The notes under the pieces are model-generated. The model had not been told where the DNA came from and made no database searches. It saw only the letters and a list, made by a program, of their open reading frames with translations. From Chloroflexota bacterium (GTDB lineage: Bacteria; Chloroflexota; Chloroflexia; QHBQ01), in NCBI GenBank assembly GCA_043754535.1, contig JAYUUN010000005.1, forward strand, positions 1 to 63,378: DNA of 63,378 bases, given 5' to 3'. Below, one piece after another: positions 35,580-44,989 of this stretch (position 1 is its first letter; each line of letters opens with the position of its first letter). Made by a program: the position numbers and the translations under genes.

Positions 35580-36791
35580 ATGGCGATCAAGGACGACAAG
35601 GCGCAGCCTGCACGGGCGATGACTCAGCCGTTTGAGGGGATGCAGAGTTTCACCCACGACGAGTTGGCCGAGTGCCTCTCCTTCCTGCGGCGCATGAACA
35701 GCCAGATCAGCGGCGATCTTATCCGCCCTGCCCTCGACCGCGACACGCGGCGGCGGCTGGACGAGGAGCTTGAGCGCAATGAGACCTGGGCTGCCGAGAT
35801 CGCCGCCCGCCTCAGCCTGATGCCCGCCAGCCCCACCGCCCCCGCTGTCACCCGCCGCCTTGAACGGCTGCCGCTAGAGGCCGAGGTAGTCTGCAAGGCG
35901 TGTGGCGCGCACAACCGCATCAGCGCACGCTTCTGCACTGCCTGCGGCCAAACCCTGCCTGGCGAGGGCAAAGAGCGGCCAACAGTGCAGCTTGCCATCC
36001 GCATCGTGCATGGCGAACTCAGCGACGTGGGCGTAGTGCGCCGCAACAACGAGGACTCGATCTTCAGCCGCGAACTGGAGTTGCCGAAATCGCTGGGCGG
36101 CGGGCGCGGCTGGCTGGGCCTGGTCGCCGACGGCATGGGCGGGGCCAGTGCGGGCGAGGTCGCCAGCGGCATGACGGTGGAGCTAGCCCCCGCCTACGTG
36201 TTGGAGCGGGTTAGCAGCCTGCAAGCGGAGGGCGTAGAAGCTGTCTTGCGCGAGGGGCTAGAGGCTGCCAACCGCGCCGTCTTCCAGCGCGCCCGCGCCA
36301 TCGCCGGGCAGCGCGGCATGGGGACGACCGCCACCATGCTGCTGCTCGCCCCTGGCCTTGAACGCTGCTGGCTAGCCCACATCGGCGACAGTCGTGCCTA
36401 CCTGCTCAACCGCCTCGGCATCACAATGAAGGGGGCGAGAGCGCGCAATATCGTGCAACTAACCACTGACCACAGCGTAGTCGCCCGCCTGATCGAACTG
36501 GGCCAGCTAACCCCAGAGGAGGCGGCCAAGTCGCCCCACCGCAGCGTCCTCTACCGCTCGCTCGGCACCGAGCCGACCACCGAAGTTGATACTTGCAGCC
36601 AGCAGTTGCAGCCGGGCGACCGCTTGCTGATCTGCTCCGACGGCCTCAACGCCCACCTGGCCGACCCAGACATCGCGGGCATTGTTCTCCGCAGCCCCGA
36701 CCCACAAGAAGCCTGCGCCCGCCTGGTCGCCGAGACTAAGAAGCGCGGTGCGATAGACAATGTGAGTGTAGAGTTGTTCGCGCTGGAGTAG
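35580..36791 (+). CDS. PP2C-family Ser/Thr phosphatase with zinc ribbon
   Basis: CKACG..N....FCTACG; RRNNED, VADGMGG, GMGTT, HIGDSRAY, CSDGL, DNVS. Confidence 0.92.
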   Translation: MAIKDDKAQPARAMTQPFEGMQSFTHDELAECLSFLRRMNSQISGDLIRPALDRDTRRRLDEELERNETWAAEIAARLSLMPASPTAPAVTRRLERLPLEAEVVCKACGAHNRISARFCTACGQTLPGEGKERPTVQLAIRIVHGELSDVGVVRRNNEDSIFSRELELPKSLGGGRGWLGLVADGMGGASAGEVASGMTVELAPAYVLERVSSLQAEGVEAVLREGLEAANRAVFQRARAIAGQRGMGTTATMLLLAPGLERCWLAHIGDSRAYLLNRLGITMKGARARNIVQLTTDHSVVARLIELGQLTPEEAAKSPHRSVLYRSLGTEPTTEVDTCSQQLQPGDRLLICSDGLNAHLADPDIAGIVLRSPDPQEACARLVAETKKRGAIDNVSVELFALE

Positions 36792-36877
36792 TGGCCGTCA
36801 GCCACCGCCGCCTGGCCCTTTGGCCGCCACCCCCTGCGTGACCGCCGCTTGCTAGTGGTTATAATGCGGGCAACGGC

Positions 36878-36914
36878 CCACCTCCCATCCACCTCCCATC
36901 CACCTCCCATCCAC
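36878..36914 (+). repeat. 11-bp tandem repeat (CCACCTCCCAT x3)
   Basis: Read directly; lies in the 5' UTR of the GH15 gene. Confidence 0.85.
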
Positions 36915-36934
36915 AGCAACGGAGCCAACCCATT

Positions 36935-39016
36935 ATGCCACGTGACCTACCGCTCGGCAACGGCAGTATGCAGATCAACTTTGACCCGCAGTACAACCTG
37001 CGCGATATCTTCTGGCCGCACGTCGGCAAGGAGAACCACACGGCGGGCAATATCAACCACACTGGCGTATGGGTCAGCGACGACGGTAGCGGCCAGCCCG
37101 CCTTCGCCTGGTTCGAGGATGCTGAGTGGCAGCGCGACCTGCGCTATCGGGATGAGACGATGGTCACGGCAGTGACGATGCAGAACGACCGCCTCGGCCT
37201 GCACCTGCTCTGCGAAGACACGGTGGACTTCGACCGCGACACCTTCATCCGCCACTTTGTCGTCCACAACCTGCGCGACATCCAGCGTTCCGTCCGCTTC
37301 TTCTTCCACTACGACTGGTACATTTATGGTGAGGCGGTCGGCGATACTACCTACTATCAGCCGACACACGGCAGCCGCCCCGGTGAGTTCCTGGTCGCCT
37401 ACAAGAGCAACCGCTACTTCGTCCTCAACGCCCAGGTGGGCCGCAAGGTGGGGATTAGCAGTTGGGCAAACGGCGTAAAGGGGGTGGGCGGCCTGCTCGG
37501 TACCTGGAAGGACGCGGAGGACGGCCAGCTAGCCTGCGGCAATATCGCCCAGGGGTCAGTAGACTGCACCCTCGGCGTACACCTGGACAACGTACCTGCG
37601 GGCGGCACCGTCACCTTCTACCACTGGCTCTGCGCGGGCTACAGCTTCCAGGACGTAGAGCGCGAAGACCGCAGGGTGCGCGAACGTGGCCCCGCCAGCT
37701 TCCTCGAACGCACCGCCAACTACTGGCACCGCTGGGCCAACAAGCTGCCAATGGACTGGGCCGACCTGCCCGCCGACCTGATCACTGCCTACAAGCGCAG
37801 CCTGCTCGTCCTTCGCACCCAGGTAGACGATCATGGGGCGGTGATCGCCTCCACCGACTACGACATCCTCACCTTCGCCCGCGATAGTTACTGCTATATG
37901 TGGCCGCGTGATGCTGCCCTCGTCATCTACGCCCTCGACGAAGCGGGCTTCCAGGACCCGGCGCGGGGGCTGTTCACCCTCATCGCCCGCATCATGCGCC
38001 CAGAAGGCTATCTCCTGCACAAGTACGACCCGGAGGGCGCACTCGGCTCCTCCTGGCACCCCTGGGCCGACAGCAAGGGCAACCCCCAGTTGCCCATCCA
38101 GGAGGACGAGACTGCCCTGATCATCTATGCCATGTGGCACCATTACGAGAAGTACCACGACTTTGAGTTCGTCTCCCAGTTCTACAGTCGGGTGATCAAG
38201 GCGGCGGGCGACTTCATGGTAAGCTATCGCCACCTCGCCACCCGCCTGCCTGGCCCCTCGCACGACCTCTGGGAGGAGCGGCGCGGTATTAGCAGCTTCA
38301 CCGTCGGCGCGGTCTGGGCGGGCCTGACGGCGGCAGCCAACTTCGCCGAGATGTTTGGCGACCTCAACCTCGCCGACGAGTACCGCACTGCCGCCCGCGA
38401 GATCAAGAACGCCTGCGTGCGCTTTATGTTCGACCAGGAGGGCGGCTACTTCGTCCGCCAACTGGCAGTGCATGACGACGATACGACCAGCCAGGACTGC
38501 ACCGTAGATGCCAGCGCGACCGGCCTCTTTCAGTTCGGTATGTTCGCCGCCGACGACCCGCTGATCGTCTCTACTATGCAGGCGATCAAGGAGAAGCTGG
38601 TGATCCCCACCCCCGTTGGCGGGGTCGCCCGCTATCAGTCCGACTACTACCAGCGGGTTAGCCAGGACGTGACTGGCAACCCCTGGTTCATCTGCACCCT
38701 CTGGCTGGCCGACTACTATATCGCGGCAGCTCGCAATCTGGCCGAGATGGAGCCTGCCCTCGACCTGCTGCACTGGGTCTGCCAGCACAGCCTGCCCAGC
38801 GGGGTGCTGGCCGAGCAAATCCACCCCTACACTGGTGCGCCGCTCTCTGTTTCGCCGCTCACCTGGAGCCATGCCGCCTACGTTACCACTACCTTGCGCT
38901 ACGTGCAGAAGCGGCAGACCTTCTTTCTGCAAGCAAAAATAGGCAGTAGTGACCTCAAAATCAAGCAGCTAACTCCTGCTGGCCCGGTTATTGGTATGGG
39001 GGAGTCAGACAGATGA
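36935..39016 (+). CDS. Glycoside hydrolase family 15 (glucoamylase/trehalase-like)
   Basis: Y.YMWPRD, QEDET, DLWEER, LAEQ, PLTWSHA. Confidence 0.92.
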   Translation: MPRDLPLGNGSMQINFDPQYNLRDIFWPHVGKENHTAGNINHTGVWVSDDGSGQPAFAWFEDAEWQRDLRYRDETMVTAVTMQNDRLGLHLLCEDTVDFDRDTFIRHFVVHNLRDIQRSVRFFFHYDWYIYGEAVGDTTYYQPTHGSRPGEFLVAYKSNRYFVLNAQVGRKVGISSWANGVKGVGGLLGTWKDAEDGQLACGNIAQGSVDCTLGVHLDNVPAGGTVTFYHWLCAGYSFQDVEREDRRVRERGPASFLERTANYWHRWANKLPMDWADLPADLITAYKRSLLVLRTQVDDHGAVIASTDYDILTFARDSYCYMWPRDAALVIYALDEAGFQDPARGLFTLIARIMRPEGYLLHKYDPEGALGSSWHPWADSKGNPQLPIQEDETALIIYAMWHHYEKYHDFEFVSQFYSRVIKAAGDFMVSYRHLATRLPGPSHDLWEERRGISSFTVGAVWAGLTAAANFAEMFGDLNLADEYRTAAREIKNACVRFMFDQEGGYFVRQLAVHDDDTTSQDCTVDASATGLFQFGMFAADDPLIVSTMQAIKEKLVIPTPVGGVARYQSDYYQRVSQDVTGNPWFICTLWLADYYIAAARNLAEMEPALDLLHWVCQHSLPSGVLAEQIHPYTGAPLSVSPLTWSHAAYVTTTLRYVQKRQTFFLQAKIGSSDLKIKQLTPAGPVIGMGESDR

Positions 39017-39041
39017 AGTAGCTCGTGGGGGGTATTGCAGC

Positions 39042-39701
39042 ATGAGTAGGATCGTTGACCTTAGCCACCCGGTCGAGGAGCAGATGCCCAACTACCCTGG
39101 GCGGCTTGCCCCCCTGTTTGGCATAACCGAAGAAGCCACCGTGGTCGCCAGCGAGCAGCCAGGCAGCCCCTTCCTGATCAACCGCTTTGGCTTCGATGGC
39201 GATCTCGGCACCCACCTGGATGCCCCCCACCACGTCTTCCCCACTGGCCTGGACGTTGCTAGCCTACCGCTTGACCGCCTCGCCAACCTGCCAGGCGTAG
39301 TCGTCAACATCAGCCGCCAGCCTGGGCGCGCCATTGGCCCCGCCGCCTTCACCGACCTGGAACTAGCGGGTCGGGCCGTGCTGCTCCGCACCGACTGGTC
39401 GGTACGCTGGTCGATCCCCTCCTACTGGCGCAACGCTCCATACCTGACCGCAGAGGGGGCCGCCCACCTGGTCGCGCAAAGGGTGGCCCTGGTCGGCATC
39501 GATTGCGGCAGCATAGACGACCGCAGCAACCCCCACAAACCGGCCCACACCCTGCTGCTGGCTGCTGATATCCCGCTGATCGAGCAATTGACCAACATTG
39601 CTGTGCTAGGCAACGACTTCTTCCGCTTCTTCGCCGCCCCCATCGCCCTACGCGGAGCCGCCTGCTTCCCCGTGCGCGCCTTCGCCATCATCGAGGGCTA
39701 G
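39042..39701 (+). CDS. Cyclase family metal-dependent hydrolase (KynB-like)
   Basis: IVDLSH, GTHLDAP.H, LVGID..SID, H..LL, PVRAFA. Confidence 0.88.
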   Translation: MSRIVDLSHPVEEQMPNYPGRLAPLFGITEEATVVASEQPGSPFLINRFGFDGDLGTHLDAPHHVFPTGLDVASLPLDRLANLPGVVVNISRQPGRAIGPAAFTDLELAGRAVLLRTDWSVRWSIPSYWRNAPYLTAEGAAHLVAQRVALVGIDCGSIDDRSNPHKPAHTLLLAADIPLIEQLTNIAVLGNDFFRFFAAPIALRGAACFPVRAFAIIEG

Positions 39702-40231
39702 CCAATCGCCAGGTGTTCGAGCAGCAGCACGGTGACCAGCCAGCCGAGGTTGGGCAGGCAGTCGGTTTGCAGCCGCTCATGCCACTGGTGCAGGTAGACG
39801 TTGTAGCTGCCGCCCTCTGGCAGGTCGAGGTTCGCGCCCACCCCCGCCCCGCCGAGGTCGTAGAAGGCAGCCAGGCTAGCCCGCATGGCTGCCCCGCTGC
39901 GGCCCGCCGGTGCGCCACTGCGGGTCAAAGCACCATCGCGGCAATCCAGTTCGACCAGCCACAGGCGCGGGCTGGCGGTAGTACCCAGCGTCCACCGCTG
40001 CTGCTGGCGCACGGCCCCTACGTACTCGGTCAGCAGGTCGCCAGCCGTCTGCACCGCCGGGGTGTTCAGCACAAGAGTGCGCTGCATCTCCAGCCGCCCC
40101 GGTCGGGCGAGATAGAACTCCTGGGCCAGCCCGCCCCCCACCGTCGCGTGGCTGAGGCGCATATCCCAGCCAGGTAGGGTAGGGTCGCCCACTGCGTAAA
40201 GCTCCTGTACTGCATCCTCATAGTTGCTCAT
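39698..40231 (-). CDS. Hypothetical protein downstream of the terminase
   Basis: ATG behind AAGGAGAAG; co-oriented with the terminase. Confidence 0.6.
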   Translation of the reverse strand: MSNYEDAVQELYAVGDPTLPGWDMRLSHATVGGGLAQEFYLARPGRLEMQRTLVLNTPAVQTAGDLLTEYVGAVRQQQRWTLGTTASPRLWLVELDCRDGALTRSGAPAGRSGAAMRASLAAFYDLGGAGVGANLDLPEGGSYNVYLHQWHERLQTDCLPNLGWLVTVLLLEHLAIG

Positions 40232-40318
40232 CGCTTCTTCTCCTTCGCAGCAGGTAGGGGTCACCTCGTGCTGCATATGCTGGTCTAGCCTTTGCTCACA
40301 TCGCCGTTGCTTGCCCAC

Positions 40319-41749
40319 CTAGAGGTAGGAGCGCACCGTCGCCCCACTCGGCTGCTCCTTCTTCTTCGGCTCGTCCAACAAGACGCAGAGGCTAGCACTG
40401 ATTACCAGGTCGTCGTGCAAGGTTGCACCCGGCACTTGCCAGCGCAACTGCTTGCTCGTCCCCACCACCTCGGCTTGCAAGTTGGCCGCTTGCTGCCAGA
40501 AAAGGCGGCTCTCCGCTGCCCCCTCGTCCACATATTCCTTGTAGCGGCCCTGCTCGATGCAGGCCAGCCACCGCCAGCCCAGGTCGCTCTTGCTCTGCGC
40601 TGTAAAGGTGAACTTGCGGACGCGCTCACCCAATGCCGCCTCCAGGTGGCTAGCGATGCCCATGCCCAGCCCCGTCGCGTCCACCACCAGCCGCTCCGCC
40701 CGCCAGTGGTCGGCCAGGGCCAGCACCTGCTGCTCAAGGTCTACGTGGTTCGCGCCCTGCCAGCTACGGCGGTCTACCACCTGGTAGGCGGGTAGGCCGC
40801 GCCCGCTCGCCACCATCTGCACGACGGTCAGGGCGGTGCTGTCGCGGCGGGGATTGCCACTGCGCCGCTCGGCCTCATCCGCCTCGGCCTCGCCCCCCAC
40901 GTCGAGCAGCAGCGCGTAGCGGCCAGCGGCCTGTGGCTCCCGCTGGCGGTCGTGTTCACCGTGCATTAGGGCTAGCTTTGCCGCGTCCAGCATCGCGCCG
41001 TTGCCGTCGTACTCCTCCAGGCAGTACTCGGTGCGAATGAAGGGGTGCTGCGCGCCAAGCTGGGCGATCCGCGCCTGCACCCGCCGTCCATACGCCTCCA
41101 CCGTTGCCGCCACCTCCTCCCAGCGCACCCGCCAGAGTTGCTGATAGCCTGCTTCAGCCTGGGCCAGAGCGTAGCGGCGTTCGCGGGCCAGCAAGCTGTG
41201 GCTGTTCCAGGGCGTGCCGAAGAACACCGTTGTCGCATCGGTGGCCGCCGCCATCGGGTCGAAGCGCGCATCCCACACGTCGGGGTCAACATCCTGGGCT
41301 TCGTTGCAGAGCAGCAGCAGGTCGGCAGTATCGCCGCGCACGTTCGCGCTCTCTGCCGCACTCAGGTAGACCGCACTGGCCGCCCCAAGCTGCACCCCCC
41401 GCGTCCCCTCCTTCCGTACCTCCCCCGCGAAGGCCGAGTTCTGCAAGCGCGTCAGCAGGCGGCGGCGGCTGATTGCCCCCTGACCCTCAGTCGGGTTCGC
41501 CATCACCACCCGCCCACCGCTCTCGCAGCGCAAAACCAGCAGGTAAGCGATAGTCTGGGCGATCAACTCGTCCTTGCCGCTCTGCCTGCTAAACTCGATC
41601 ACGAACCTGCGCCCCCAACCACCCAGCACACTCGCCACAATCGCCTCCGCCGGGCCAAGCTGGTAGCCCCGCAATGGCAGCTTCAGCTCCTGCTCGCTGA
41701 ACATCGCCAGCCCCGTCAGCGGCTCTGGCCCCTTGTTCTCTGTTGCCAT
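40319..41749 (-). CDS. Terminase large subunit
   Basis: Walker A SRQSGKD, Walker B-like LLLCNEAQ, motif III FGTP, nuclease LLLDVGG, VDATGLG, HDDLV. Confidence 0.85.
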   Translation of the reverse strand: MATENKGPEPLTGLAMFSEQELKLPLRGYQLGPAEAIVASVLGGWGRRFVIEFSRQSGKDELIAQTIAYLLVLRCESGGRVVMANPTEGQGAISRRRLLTRLQNSAFAGEVRKEGTRGVQLGAASAVYLSAAESANVRGDTADLLLLCNEAQDVDPDVWDARFDPMAAATDATTVFFGTPWNSHSLLARERRYALAQAEAGYQQLWRVRWEEVAATVEAYGRRVQARIAQLGAQHPFIRTEYCLEEYDGNGAMLDAAKLALMHGEHDRQREPQAAGRYALLLDVGGEAEADEAERRSGNPRRDSTALTVVQMVASGRGLPAYQVVDRRSWQGANHVDLEQQVLALADHWRAERLVVDATGLGMGIASHLEAALGERVRKFTFTAQSKSDLGWRWLACIEQGRYKEYVDEGAAESRLFWQQAANLQAEVVGTSKQLRWQVPGATLHDDLVISASLCVLLDEPKKKEQPSGATVRSYL

Positions 41750-41866
41750 AGTTCCCCCCCTTCCCTCACCAACACTGTTGTACAGCCGTTCACCAACCGC
41801 CAGCCACTACCCGCCAGCCGCCCTGCCCTGATCTGCGCATCTGCTGGCTGCATCCGCTGCAACCGC

Positions 41867-41881
41867 TGGCACGCCTTTTGC
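41867..41881 (+). promoter_or_regulatory. Candidate sigma54 (-24/-12) promoter
   Basis: TGGCACG-CCTT-TTGC with exact GG-N10-GC spacing, 40 bp before ATG 41921. Confidence 0.5.
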
Positions 41882-41920
41882 CCTAGTAGTCGGCATAACG
41901 AGCAAAGAGGTGAAGTTACA

Positions 41921-42226
41921 ATGACTGAGCCAACCCCAGATGCTATCCGCAACGAGTCCGGTGTCCACCAGGACAGCCCCGAAGGCGCGCCCGGTGTACA
42001 ACGCACTGCCGCCGAGCGTGGCTACCCTCCCGAACCCGACCGCATCGCCGCCATTGGCTTTGGCGACAGTAAGCCAGAGACGATTGGCCGCACCGAGCAG
42101 GAGCGCGAACGCTTCATTGGCCTGGTCGGGATGAGCGGTCAAATGCGCGACGAGATGGGCATGGATCGCATCGTAGACGAAGCTGAAGACCAGGCCCAGC
42201 CCTTCAGTGAAGAAAAGTCTAGCTAA
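41921..42226 (+). CDS. Small acidic hypothetical protein
   Basis: GAGGTG RBS; MTEPTPDAIRNES...; hydrophilic. Confidence 0.7.
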   Translation: MTEPTPDAIRNESGVHQDSPEGAPGVQRTAAERGYPPEPDRIAAIGFGDSKPETIGRTEQERERFIGLVGMSGQMRDEMGMDRIVDEAEDQAQPFSEEKSS

Positions 42227-42260
42227 CCAAACCAACCAGATAGCCGAAAGGAACAACCCC

Positions 42261-42776
42261 ATGCCAGACCACGCCAGCGAGATTGGCCGCGACGAGCGTA
42301 GCCACGAGGAGAAGTTGCAGGATCGCGGCATCTCCCCCACCGAACACCCCGCCATGGACGAGAACCTGGGCAATCCCGACTATCGGGTGGCCCAGCATGG
42401 CACCCAGGGCCAGACTGAGGACGACAGCGACGACAACAGCGACGGCCAGCACACCTATAGTGAGGGTAAGCCGCAGCCACCAGCCAGGAAGGTAGCCCGC
42501 ATGGCAGCCGAAGTCGAAGCCGAAGCCGAGGCCAAAGACAGGCCGCAGAACCAGTTGGAGGAGGAGCAGGAACACCACCTCTCCGAGCAGAGCCAGCGTG
42601 ACCGCGACGAGACCACCGCCCCCAATGCTGGCAAGGGCCAACATGACCGCAACAGCGACCGCAGACAGGTGGAGGCCGAAACCATCAACCAGCAGCGGCG
42701 GTTAGCCACAACCAGCACTGCCCACAAAGAGGGGACGCGCAAGCACGTCCCCTTCTCCATGCCAGCCCCGGTTTAG
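42261..42776 (+). CDS. Acidic, likely disordered hypothetical protein
   Basis: AAAGGA RBS; D/E/Q/H-rich; stop overlaps the capsid stop. Confidence 0.7.
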   Translation: MPDHASEIGRDERSHEEKLQDRGISPTEHPAMDENLGNPDYRVAQHGTQGQTEDDSDDNSDGQHTYSEGKPQPPARKVARMAAEVEAEAEAKDRPQNQLEEEQEHHLSEQSQRDRDETTAPNAGKGQHDRNSDRRQVEAETINQQRRLATTSTAHKEGTRKHVPFSMPAPV

Positions 42777-43654
42777 CGCACCCCCTTCAGGCGGGCCAGG
42801 GCCGCATCGCGGAAGTTCGCCAGCCCAACGTACCACTTTAGCCGCGTGCGGCTAGCATCCTTCGCCTCCAGCGGGCCAAGCCGCTCCACCTGTATCCCCC
42901 CGTTGTCCAGCCCCATTACGCCGCGCTCGTAGCCGAACTGAAGCGCGTAGATGCTAGAGCAGTCGTTGCTGCTGCCCATCACCTCCGCGTCGCCGATGTT
43001 GTCGTCCACCTCAATCGGGATGCCGTTGTAGTAGCTCTGGCTAATGCCAAACTCGTCGGGGCTGCTAGCCACCGTGCCAGTAGTACGCGCCAGCCGGGTC
43101 AGGCTGCGGCGGCTGCGGCGGCTCATCAGCAGCAGATCGGGCTTGCCAGGGCGCACCTGGTCGAGCAGCGCATCCAGCAAGTCCAGGGTCAATGCCCCCC
43201 CGTTCGGCCCCACCGTCGCCGTCTGGCCCACCGCTGCCAGCTTCGCCAGCCCGTCGAACCCGTTGCTGTCAGCGTCTACGTCGCCGTTGATGAAGTTGGC
43301 CGCGAACTTGTAGCCGACAGCCCGCGCCTTCGCCTCAATCACAGTCGCCTCCAGGTCGTTGATGTTGGCGTAGGTCTGCTGCAAAAAGTTATCCACATCC
43401 GCGTCGCCACCGAGGATCGCCAGGCTCGCCTGCTTGCGGGCGAAGGTCGGCGTACTCTCAATCCAAACGTCGCCCACCGCGTGAAACTCTACGGTGCCAT
43501 GAGTCAACACCTGGTTGTATTGCAGGCTGCTGCCGTTGATCGTCATGAAGGGCAGGTACTTGAGTACGGGGCTGGTCGTGGTCATCGTCTCCACCACCCC
43601 CTGCAACATCATGCTCTGGCTCAAGTTCGCCGCCTCGATAATTGTCAGTGCCAT
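42773..43654 (-). CDS. Phage major capsid protein (HK97-fold type, about 293 aa)
   Basis: LPF..I.G....YN, LGGDADVD.F, FINGD.....FDGL, L.L..LD.L.D.V, YNGIPI, SSIY, R.KWY; ATG behind GGAG. Confidence 0.85.
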   Translation of the reverse strand: MALTIIEAANLSQSMMLQGVVETMTTTSPVLKYLPFMTINGSSLQYNQVLTHGTVEFHAVGDVWIESTPTFARKQASLAILGGDADVDNFLQQTYANINDLEATVIEAKARAVGYKFAANFINGDVDADSNGFDGLAKLAAVGQTATVGPNGGALTLDLLDALLDQVRPGKPDLLLMSRRSRRSLTRLARTTGTVASSPDEFGISQSYYNGIPIEVDDNIGDAEVMGSSNDCSSIYALQFGYERGVMGLDNGGIQVERLGPLEAKDASRTRLKWYVGLANFRDAALARLKGVR

Positions 43655-43700
43655 AGTCAGTTCTCCATTCTTGAAACTAGCTGTTGCTTGCCACCCCTGC

Positions 43701-44006
43701 TCAGCGACCCCGCCGCAGGGCCAGCCCAATCTTAGCTGCTGCGCCAAGCGGCCAGGGCGCGGTCTGCTCCTGTCGCACCACGTTGACTGCTGGCACGCTC
43801 GGCGCGGTCGAGGTCAGGCTAGCCCGCACCTCGCCGTAGATCGCCACCGTGCGCGCCAACGCCGCGTCCAGTGCCACCTTGCTCTCGCCCGCCACCAGCC
43901 CATGCAGCGCAGGCACACCCGCCACCGCCGACCCCGCGATCACCTGCCCGCGATAGCCCGCCAGCAACTCGGCCATCGCTGCCTGCGTGTCTGTCGTTTC
44001 GTCCAT
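43701..44006 (-). CDS. Small helical protein upstream of the capsid (putative scaffold)
   Basis: AGGAGGT RBS; first gene of the capsid operon. Function inferred from position. Confidence 0.6.
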   Translation of the reverse strand: MDETTDTQAAMAELLAGYRGQVIAGSAVAGVPALHGLVAGESKVALDAALARTVAIYGEVRASLTSTAPSVPAVNVVRQEQTAPWPLGAAAKIGLALRRGR

Positions 44007-44039
44007 CTCATACCTCCTTGCAAAAAGCCCCTCGCCGCA

Positions 44040-44109
44040 GGCAAACAAAAAGCGCGACTGGCCCTGCCACCCAATGGTGAAAGAGTCAGCCGCGCAGTGC
44101 TTGCTACGG
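44040..44109 (-). terminator. Leader terminator of the capsid operon carrying the shared 21-nt motif
   Basis: Minus strand CCGTAGCAAGCACTGCGCGGCTG...CAGTCGCGC-TTTTTGTTTGCC. Confidence 0.7.
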
Positions 44110-44118
44110 AATACGATT

Positions 44119-44147
44119 ATTGTAGCACAGATGCTCTCTTTTGTCAA
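44119..44147 (-). promoter_or_regulatory. sigma70-type promoter of the capsid operon
   Basis: TTGACA-17 bp-TACAAT with extended TGTG. Confidence 0.75.
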
Positions 44148-44183
44148 GTGGCAAGCGGCTCGCTACTTTGGTACAATAGCAGC

Positions 44184-44678
44184 ATGAAGACGACTATCTC
44201 CGCCGAGCGGCTGACCCTGATCGAGGATCGCCGCAGCAACAACCTGCAACTGGCAGCCATCGCCCTGTTCACCCTGCTCGTCGTCCCCCTGGCCTTCGTC
44301 GCTGGGGCCGCCGAGGAGAACAGCACCCTGCCCGCGATCATCCTCAGCCCCCTGATCCTGATCGTGATCGTCGTTCTCAGCCTCAGCCGCACCCTGTTCA
44401 AGCCGAAGGCCCAGTTTACCTTCGACCGCCAGAGCGACCGCTTCCTGCGTGGCAGCACCGTCGTTGCCCCGCTCAGCGCAATCCAGTGCGTGGTAGTCGA
44501 GGCTGACCCTGCAAAGGCGGGCTACGGCCACCGCCTCACCGTCCTCACCCGCGAGCTAGAGACGGAGCTAGACACCGCCCTCGGCGGCCTGGTGGAGATT
44601 GCCGCCCTGGAGAAGCTAGCCAACCAGGTAGCAGCCTACCTCAACGTCCGCGTCGTCCACCGCGAAGCCCAGGGCTAG
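44184..44678 (+). CDS. Membrane protein (2 TM plus soluble domain), probably leaderless
   Basis: ATG 6 nt after TGGTACAAT; two hydrophobic helices. Confidence 0.7.
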   Translation: MKTTISAERLTLIEDRRSNNLQLAAIALFTLLVVPLAFVAGAAEENSTLPAIILSPLILIVIVVLSLSRTLFKPKAQFTFDRQSDRFLRGSTVVAPLSAIQCVVVEADPAKAGYGHRLTVLTRELETELDTALGGLVEIAALEKLANQVAAYLNVRVVHREAQG

Positions 44679-44989
44679 GCGGTGGGCCAGCCACCCACGC
44701 TGCTGCAAGCCGCCAGCTAGCCCCCCGCCAGCCGCTCCCAAACCCCCTCCTCCGCTTACCTGCTAGCCATTGCTAGTGGCCTCAGCAACCAACCCTTTGC
44801 CCATCTCCACCCCCGCCAAACCCAATCTGTAAGCCCTTCCACAGGCAAGCTGCGCCAAACTGGAAATAGGGCCGCTTGACATTGGCGTTTTGACAAAGAT
44901 GGGTATATAATGCAACCAGGAGCAAAAGCCAACCCAACCTGGCCCAAACTAGCTTTAGGACCCACACAAATAGATCGGGGGATTACTAA

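Noticed and set aside
43389..43397. Perfect DnaA box TTATCCACA
   Set aside because: Single copy inside the capsid CDS, explained by the DVDN codons.
5629..44147. One contiguous 38-kb prophage from portal to capsid
   Set aside because: The interval is filled with host genes (modAB, KS, mazG, GH15). No tail genes, integrase or att repeats are recognisable.
44876..44911. Two TTGACA hexamers upstream of glpD as canonical promoters
   Set aside because: Neither is 16-18 bp from the TATAAT at 44906. They may be operator repeats, but this is unsupported.
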